Positions 49,540 to 54,228 of a DNA stretch of 54,228 bases are shown in pieces. Under the pieces are notes generated by a model that was given only the letters and a program-made list of their open reading frames with translations, was not told where the DNA came from and did not search any database. The position numbers and the translations under genes were made by a program. This DNA comes from a virus. The stretch covers positions 1 through 54,228 of the IMG/VR virus record IMGVR_UViG_3300045988_069299; one strand, written 5' to 3'. The stretch's first letter is position 1. Every line of letters begins with the position of its first letter.

Positions 49540-49730
49540 GTAATCTTCTCAAATTGCTTTAACAGGCATTCCTTACAAAACTGTACACCGTCAAACTCGT
49601 AAAGTTCCTCTACCTCTTCCTTACAATCATCGCAATACAAATGTTTCACATTTATGTTCGGGCACCTATTGCCGAGACATGGATAAGCTTCCGTTGCGCA
49701 TCCGCAGCATTCACCTTCGTATTTCACCAT
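49536..49730 (-). CDS. Cys-rich small protein (64 aa)
   Basis: CCGC...CDDC...CKEC. Confidence 0.55.
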   Translation of the reverse strand: MVKYEGECCGCATEAYPCLGNRCPNINVKHLYCDDCKEEVEELYEFDGVQFCKECLLKQFEKIT

Positions 49731-49921
49731 TTTCTGAAAAACTCCTTTAATTTATTGCATACTTGCTGAAATCTATACTTAAACAAATACTTTTTAAAAG
49801 ATTCAGTTCCGTATTGATAGCAAAGATACATAATTTGTTTTTGAGTAGAAAGAGATTCATAAAACTCCTTGTCAGTTTCTTCAACGTATTGTAAAAGTAC
49901 TTCATAGTCTGTTTTATTCAT
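49724..49921 (-). CDS. hypothetical protein (65 aa)
   Basis: ATG 49921 (MNKTDYEVLL...) overlaps the GIY-YIG gene end by 8 nt. Confidence 0.5.
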   Translation of the reverse strand: MNKTDYEVLLQYVEETDKEFYESLSTQKQIMYLCYQYGTESFKKYLFKYRFQQVCNKLKEFFRKW

Positions 49922-50516
49922 TACTTTCACCATCCTTTTCTCCATGCAAAAGTTCCATAAACCGAACAAATTGTCTTTGCGACACGGAATTGTTCTGCTT
50001 CTCAGGCTTCAAACTGATTATCAGATGCTTGTCGGCAATGTTCGCCAGTTCCCTTGCAAGGTTGATTTTGCCTTGCTGTATGCCTTGCGAATAAGTTTTA
50101 GGCTGTTTATATTGCCCTGTTACTTGTTTCCCTTTACCTTGGCTTCCTGCCGTGACGTTGTACATCTGAATACCACTATCAGAACATTTTTTAATATACT
50201 CGACTTCTTTTTCATCAAGTTCTGATATCCCACAGGTTAAAAAATGCAATGACCACCCATGCGGATTATCTTTGCTCTTGAAGCCATGTTTTTTAAGGCT
50301 CAATGCTATATGGTCGTATTCCGCAAGGTGAGAAGATGTGCGCTCTAAAAGTCTGACAGCTTGCCCACAATACCCTCTTCTGATTCCTGCTTCGTCCACT
50401 CTGTAAAACAAATAGATTCCGCTAACATTCGATATTTCGGGGCATATCTGTTTTATTTTTTTCTCACGTTCTGCTTTCATAGCATAGATTTTCTTCCAAT
50501 CAGCCAACCGAATCAC
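49914..50516 (-). CDS. GIY-YIG domain nuclease
   Basis: SGIYLFYRVDEAGIRRGYCGQAVRLLERTSSH ... EKEVEYIK ... YN matches the GIY-YIG motif order. GTG start overlaps the upstream TGA. Confidence 0.7.
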   Translation of the reverse strand: MIRLADWKKIYAMKAEREKKIKQICPEISNVSGIYLFYRVDEAGIRRGYCGQAVRLLERTSSHLAEYDHIALSLKKHGFKSKDNPHGWSLHFLTCGISELDEKEVEYIKKCSDSGIQMYNVTAGSQGKGKQVTGQYKQPKTYSQGIQQGKINLARELANIADKHLIISLKPEKQNNSVSQRQFVRFMELLHGEKDGESNE

Positions 50517-50710
50517 CGCCTTTCAAATGGAATCAAATATCCGTCCGGCAAGGCATTTATAATATTTCTCAATGCCCCATATCCTGTTTTTTGCATATTG
50601 ACTAAAGCATTGCTTTGACAGGTATTCAGTTCGGATATGTTAGAATCAATGCTCTGCATTATTTCACTTCTTAATTGCGGTGTAAGTGGTCTATAAAATG
50701 TGTCAGCCAT
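50513..50710 (-). CDS. hypothetical protein (65 aa)
   Basis: ATG 50710 behind GGTGGTG. Confidence 0.5.
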   Translation of the reverse strand: MADTFYRPLTPQLRSEIMQSIDSNISELNTCQSNALVNMQKTGYGALRNIINALPDGYLIPFERR

Positions 50711-51005
50711 TCGCACCACCATTTCTGTACTTTTCCAGTTCTGCAATCATGGTCTCTCTGCCAATATCTGCGCTCTCATACCACTCTACCGCATGAAAAA
50801 CACCGTTAAGATTCTCGCTCAAAACCTCAATTCTGATACTTGCCGACCGGATATACTCAATCAACCGCTGTGTATCTCGTGCTATGTCCTCGTAACCGTA
50901 CAACTGTAAGTGTTGCACCATAATTTCAAGGTTGGAGATACTTGACGGCTCCATTAGCTCATTGACATCCTTGTAGCACAAATAACCAAAACTTCCACCA
51001 CTCAA
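50703..51005 (-). CDS. hypothetical protein (about 100 aa)
   Basis: Probable TTG start at 51005 behind AAAGGAG, overlapping the MBL stop. The alternative ATG at 51038 has no usable RBS. Confidence 0.5.
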   Translation of the reverse strand: MSGGSFGYLCYKDVNELMEPSSISNLEIMVQHLQLYGYEDIARDTQRLIEYIRSASIRIEVLSENLNGVFHAVEWYESADIGRETMIAELEKYRNGGANG

Positions 51006-51733
51006 AACGGGCACTCCTTTCCATTCTGTAAAATCCATTCCTTGCCTGCTGCCGCATAGTCTACATTCGCCAATGGATCAATCTTTTTTACCTCTGTGAC
51101 ACATTCTTTGGCATCAGAATTATCACGGCTTAAATGGCACAATATGACGTTCTGCAAGGCATCTGATTTGTTCGCAAGAACAAATTCCTTTACTGTTTCC
51201 AGTTCCATATGACCACGGTACACATGGGATTTCTTAGCATCGTTGGAATCCTCTGTAATGTACTTCTTCTGATAGTTACATGAAATAAGGATGTGGTTTA
51301 ATTCATGGAACCGCCACTTAACAAATTCCGTGTCAGTTACATAAAGCAATTTCCCCATTTCCGGGTGAGTAATCAGGAATCCATAACAAGGGCATTCTGA
51401 ACCATCAGCGTTGGTATGTGTCCACTTACCATCCAGTGTAGTAAGATCAAATGCCATTATTTTTCCACCAGTAAAGCATATTTCCATAGGTTCTAAACTC
51501 TCATATGGCTTAAATACTGCTATTCCCATGTGTTCAAGGTCTGATACGGATAATGAGTGGTCTTTGTGCGTATGGGTGCATATAGCACCCACAACACACT
51601 TTATATTCCAGTTAAGACCACGTTTTATGTCCATGATAGAAAGTCCTGCATCCAGTAAAAGTGTTTCACCGTTATCTGCCGTTAGAAGATAGCAGTTACC
51701 GGAAGAACCGGAGCCTAAACATTTTAGTTTCAT
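51002..51733 (-). CDS. MBL-fold metallo-hydrolase
   Basis: ATG 51733. MKLKCLGSGSSGNCYLL...LLLDAG...THTHKDH is the metallo-beta-lactamase motif set. Confidence 0.85.
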   Translation of the reverse strand: MKLKCLGSGSSGNCYLLTADNGETLLLDAGLSIMDIKRGLNWNIKCVVGAICTHTHKDHSLSVSDLEHMGIAVFKPYESLEPMEICFTGGKIMAFDLTTLDGKWTHTNADGSECPCYGFLITHPEMGKLLYVTDTEFVKWRFHELNHILISCNYQKKYITEDSNDAKKSHVYRGHMELETVKEFVLANKSDALQNVILCHLSRDNSDAKECVTEVKKIDPLANVDYAAAGKEWILQNGKECPF

Positions 51734-51747
51734 CAGCGGATACCTCA

Positions 51748-51960
51748 CTATCTGAAAAACAAAAACCAAATCAACGCTGTGAAACTGCATGCAATAGCTG
51801 AGATAAATAAAATAAACACGATAAATCTCATCGGTGTCATTTTGAGTTTTCCGGTGTATGCAAGAGTGATTTTTTCTATTGCGCTAATAGATGAACTTAC
51901 AAAAAAACGACCAATAAAAAACGCAACCCACAGTACAATACCTACTTTTACAAAAATCAT
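51748..51960 (-). CDS. small membrane protein (70 aa)
   Basis: Two hydrophobic segments (VGIVLWVAFFIGRFFV and FIVFILFISAIACSFTALIWFLFF). Confidence 0.6.
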   Translation of the reverse strand: MIFVKVGIVLWVAFFIGRFFVSSSISAIEKITLAYTGKLKMTPMRFIVFILFISAIACSFTALIWFLFFR

Positions 51961-51974
51961 AATCCCTTTTCCTC

Positions 51975-52724
51975 CTACTTAAAGCAATCCGGTGTCTCTG
52001 CGCTGGCAATGTCCGTCTCTGCGGTCTGCGGTACTTCCTCAAATGTTGTGTCAGGAAACTCGATAGTGTTTGCATTTGCCTGTACCTCTTCTGCCACAAC
52101 TTTTTCCACATCAAGTTTCACATCGGAAACATCAGGAAATTCTTCCTGTGCATACAAACCTTGGAATTTATCCGGAAAAGCTTCTCTTAAGGCCTGTACA
52201 ACAGCAACTTTTCTTATCATTGTTGCAGGCTTTTTAGACCATTGACCGTTTATTGTTCCATCTTTTTTTCTTCCAACATATTCATCGAAAGATACTGACT
52301 GGTACTCCGGTGTCTCTCTTCCTTTGATAAACACTTTAGCCCAACCTCCTACAATAGATTCGTCCTTAAGGACAAAAGATCCTTCTCTTTCTTCAACGGA
52401 ACCATCTTTCTTCTGAACAATAATTCCTGCTTTTTTTCCTGCATAATTCGGATTTGCATCGGCTCTTTTTGTAAAAACATCTTTTCCGGTAACAATCGTA
52501 GCAGGATCATTGTTTCCAAACTTAATGAGGTATGCTTCTTTCAAAAAAGGATTAAGATGCTGATATCTGCAAAGAGACATAAACATCATTACTTCCTGAT
52601 CCGATACGTTTCCACCACCGCTTACAAGGTACTTTCTTACCGTTGTTGGGGAAATTTTTACAATTTCCCCATTTGATTCGTATTCCACAATTCCTGTGTT
52701 TTCCTGCTTCTTTTCGTCTGCCAT
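51975..52724 (-). CDS. recT: RecT-family single-strand annealing recombinase
   Basis: FMSLCRYQHLNPFLKEAYLIKF...GGWAKV...FDEY...WSKKPATMIRKVAVVQALREAFP is the RecT family pattern. Confidence 0.85.
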   Translation of the reverse strand: MADEKKQENTGIVEYESNGEIVKISPTTVRKYLVSGGGNVSDQEVMMFMSLCRYQHLNPFLKEAYLIKFGNNDPATIVTGKDVFTKRADANPNYAGKKAGIIVQKKDGSVEEREGSFVLKDESIVGGWAKVFIKGRETPEYQSVSFDEYVGRKKDGTINGQWSKKPATMIRKVAVVQALREAFPDKFQGLYAQEEFPDVSDVKLDVEKVVAEEVQANANTIEFPDTTFEEVPQTAETDIASAETPDCFK

Positions 52725-52732
52725 GTTTCTAC

Positions 52733-53569
52733 CTACCTTTCTACCTTTTTGATGTCGTCAATTCCTATGATGAATACCTTGGTTGTCTTGGGATTCTGAA
52801 TCAGTGCAATAGTACTTGCAAACCTATCATGTTTTTTAATTCTTAAAACTTTGTATTCGTCTTCATTTTTAACATCAGAACCTATTACAAAATTCTGTTT
52901 GTATCCTAAAAGACCACTCCATGTATCGTATAAGTTGTACTGCTTACTGGTATTCGTGACCTTTACGGTATCTCCCACGCAGATTTCGTCTTTCTTCTCT
53001 GGTTCTTTCTCCAGTTTGTAGTTTTCAAGTACAACGTACTCTTCGTGCCATACGTAACAACTTTTAACAGAGTTTTTAACCTTACATCCTACGTTCCCAA
53101 TACCAATTACTCTGAAAATCTCTCCGTTTTCATATGATATAAGAAGAGGTTTTGCATCTATAATCTTGATGTACTCACCGACTTTAGCTTTCCTCTTCAC
53201 CTCACGGACACCGTTATCAGGCTTCACATCCTCGCCCATCAGTCGATTAAAAGCCAACTTAGCACCAGTACGGAAATCAAATTCATCAGCAGGATTGCAG
53301 TTTGCTTCTGCTTTCTCGCCAGTGGACTTGTCCAGCGCAACTACTTTGTTGTCATTGCGGTAGATGACGATTGTTTCACTTCCTACTTTTTTCAACATGT
53401 CAGAAAATAGAGAACCAATTTCAAAATTTTTTACACTATAAGTCCTCCCCGCAATATCTTTGTAAGAAACAACGTCACCACTGATTTTTGTGATTTCAAT
53501 TACAGCACCTTTGTCTACAAACAATTTGCTTGTATATCTTTCTCCAACCTTAAATTTACGTTTTTCCAT
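52733..53569 (-). CDS. hypothetical protein with repeated small beta modules (278 aa)
   Basis: ATG 53569. Three similar segments (KVGERY...I.KI, KVGEYIKII, VGDTVKV). Confidence 0.6.
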   Translation of the reverse strand: MEKRKFKVGERYTSKLFVDKGAVIEITKISGDVVSYKDIAGRTYSVKNFEIGSLFSDMLKKVGSETIVIYRNDNKVVALDKSTGEKAEANCNPADEFDFRTGAKLAFNRLMGEDVKPDNGVREVKRKAKVGEYIKIIDAKPLLISYENGEIFRVIGIGNVGCKVKNSVKSCYVWHEEYVVLENYKLEKEPEKKDEICVGDTVKVTNTSKQYNLYDTWSGLLGYKQNFVIGSDVKNEDEYKVLRIKKHDRFASTIALIQNPKTTKVFIIGIDDIKKVER

Positions 53570-53570
53570 A

Positions 53571-53855
53571 TTATTCTTCCTCGCTTTCCGGCTCATTCAT
53601 AAATCCACTTGCAACTCCCTGATGCACTGTCACATCAGCTTTGTAAATCTCCTTGATGCTTCTAGGCATCACATGAAATGTCACATCCGTATCAGCAATT
53701 TTGCCTTTGAATTTCAAGGCTCCACGGTCTGAAAGTCCCAGGTACACACCCACGCAACACTTGTCATCAAAATTGAATATCACGGTGTCACCGGCATTGA
53801 TTGTTTCTCCGCTTGTTGTCAGAACAGAAATGACTGTCTCTTTCTTAATCTGCAT
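53571..53855 (-). CDS. hypothetical protein (94 aa)
   Basis: ATG 53855 behind GTGGAGGTGGAGA. Confidence 0.55.
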   Translation of the reverse strand: MQIKKETVISVLTTSGETINAGDTVIFNFDDKCCVGVYLGLSDRGALKFKGKIADTDVTFHVMPRSIKEIYKADVTVHQGVASGFMNEPESEEE

Positions 53856-54228
53856 TCTCCACCTCCACAAGTTCACCATTTTCCAATCTGTACCATGTAT
53901 CCGGCTTCACTTTTTCACCGTCTACCCGGAACATCTTCGCACCGACAAACTCCCATGCTTCCTGCTCTGCTCTGTCGTATCTGTCATCCTCTTTACTGCC
54001 AATATATTTCCATTCAGCAAGAACGATATGGGAACCAATGACACCCATTGCTTTCCCTTTGTATCCCCATGCAACCGCAACGCTCTCGGAATCGTTGGCA
54101 GAGGATGCACCTTTGTAACCTGTGGCAGAGGATGCACCGCAGTTACCTGTGGCAGAGGATGCACCGTAGTCACCTGTGGCAGAGGATGCACCTTTGTAAC
54201 CTGTGGCAGAGGATGCACCGCAGTTACC
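53845..54228 (-). CDS. Tandem-nonapeptide-repeat phage protein, C-terminal part (continuation of feature 1-450)
   Basis: Hand translation: ...GASSATGYKGASSANDSESVAVAWGYKGKAMGVIGSHIVLAEWKY...LVEVENAD, stop at 53845. The track shows only the last 67 aa, from an internal Met. Confidence 0.8.
   Translation of the reverse strand, partial: GNCGASSATGYKGASSATGDYGASSATGNCGASSATGYKGASSANDSESVAVAWGYKGKAMGVIGSHIVLAEWKYIGSKEDDRYDRAEQEAWEFVGAKMFRVDGEKVKPDTWYRLENGELVEVENAD
54091..54228. repeat. 27-nt tandem repeat, 5 units plus 3 nt, same family as 1-108
   Basis: Units start at 54091 (degenerate), 54118, 54145, 54172 and 54199. The last 30 nt are identical to bases 1-30. Confidence 0.95.

Noticed and set aside
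53922-54218. Track ORF of 98 aa with an HPLPQVT(K/T/A)V repeat
   Set aside because: This is the wrong frame of the 27-nt tandem repeat. The frame encoding xxGASSATG is continuous with well-formed N- and C-terminal domains and a good RBS, so this ORF is a shadow.
1-54228. Search for a serine invertase (Gin/Hin/Cin type), reverse transcriptase (DGR/retron) or cas genes to explain the fibre cassette and the repeats
   Set aside because: No ORF in any frame of the track shows the N-terminal serine-recombinase pattern, RT motifs or Cas signatures. The absence is reported rather than a feature invented.

Overview
The window looks like a complete, circularly closed or circularly permuted genome of a temperate siphovirus-type phage, about 54.2 kb. 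The two window ends fall inside the same 27-nt tandem repeat of one gene. Strong GGAGG-type ribosome-binding sites, a GH25 endolysin, a Tn916-like integrase and a Spo0A-C-like protein suggest a Firmicutes/Clostridia host; this is inference only. Almost all genes are on the minus strand.

Gene order along the minus-strand direction of transcription:
- An immunity switch at 5.6-7.6 kb.
- A long early operon that wraps the origin. It holds an antirepressor, a lytic transglycosylase, a Rad50/SMC-like ATPase, RecT, an MBL-fold hydrolase, a GIY-YIG nuclease, a replisome organizer, YopX, DUF551, ASCH, a PP-loop enzyme, two DNA methyltransferases, Xis and Int.
- An attP-like repeat region at 38.9-39.2 kb.
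- An att-proximal accessory cluster at 36.5-38.9 kb.
- A plus-strand island of small genes at 34.2-36.5 kb.
- A late operon: TerS-like gene, MazG, a seven-member tRNA array, TerL, portal, scaffold, capsid, connectors, tail tube, G/GT chaperones, tape measure, tail tip and tail fibre.

Most notable observations:
- A Mu G-segment-like invertible cassette that would swap the tail-fibre tip, with no invertase gene nearby.
- A homopolymer frame break in the same fibre gene.
- A tRNA array in which two members have non-canonical features.
- Mirror-image hairpin and terminator modules flanking the immunity switch.
- A structured leader carrying a terminator in front of the TerS-like gene.
- Cys-rich accessory proteins next to attP.

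All protein-family names come from reading motifs by eye. No database search was run.
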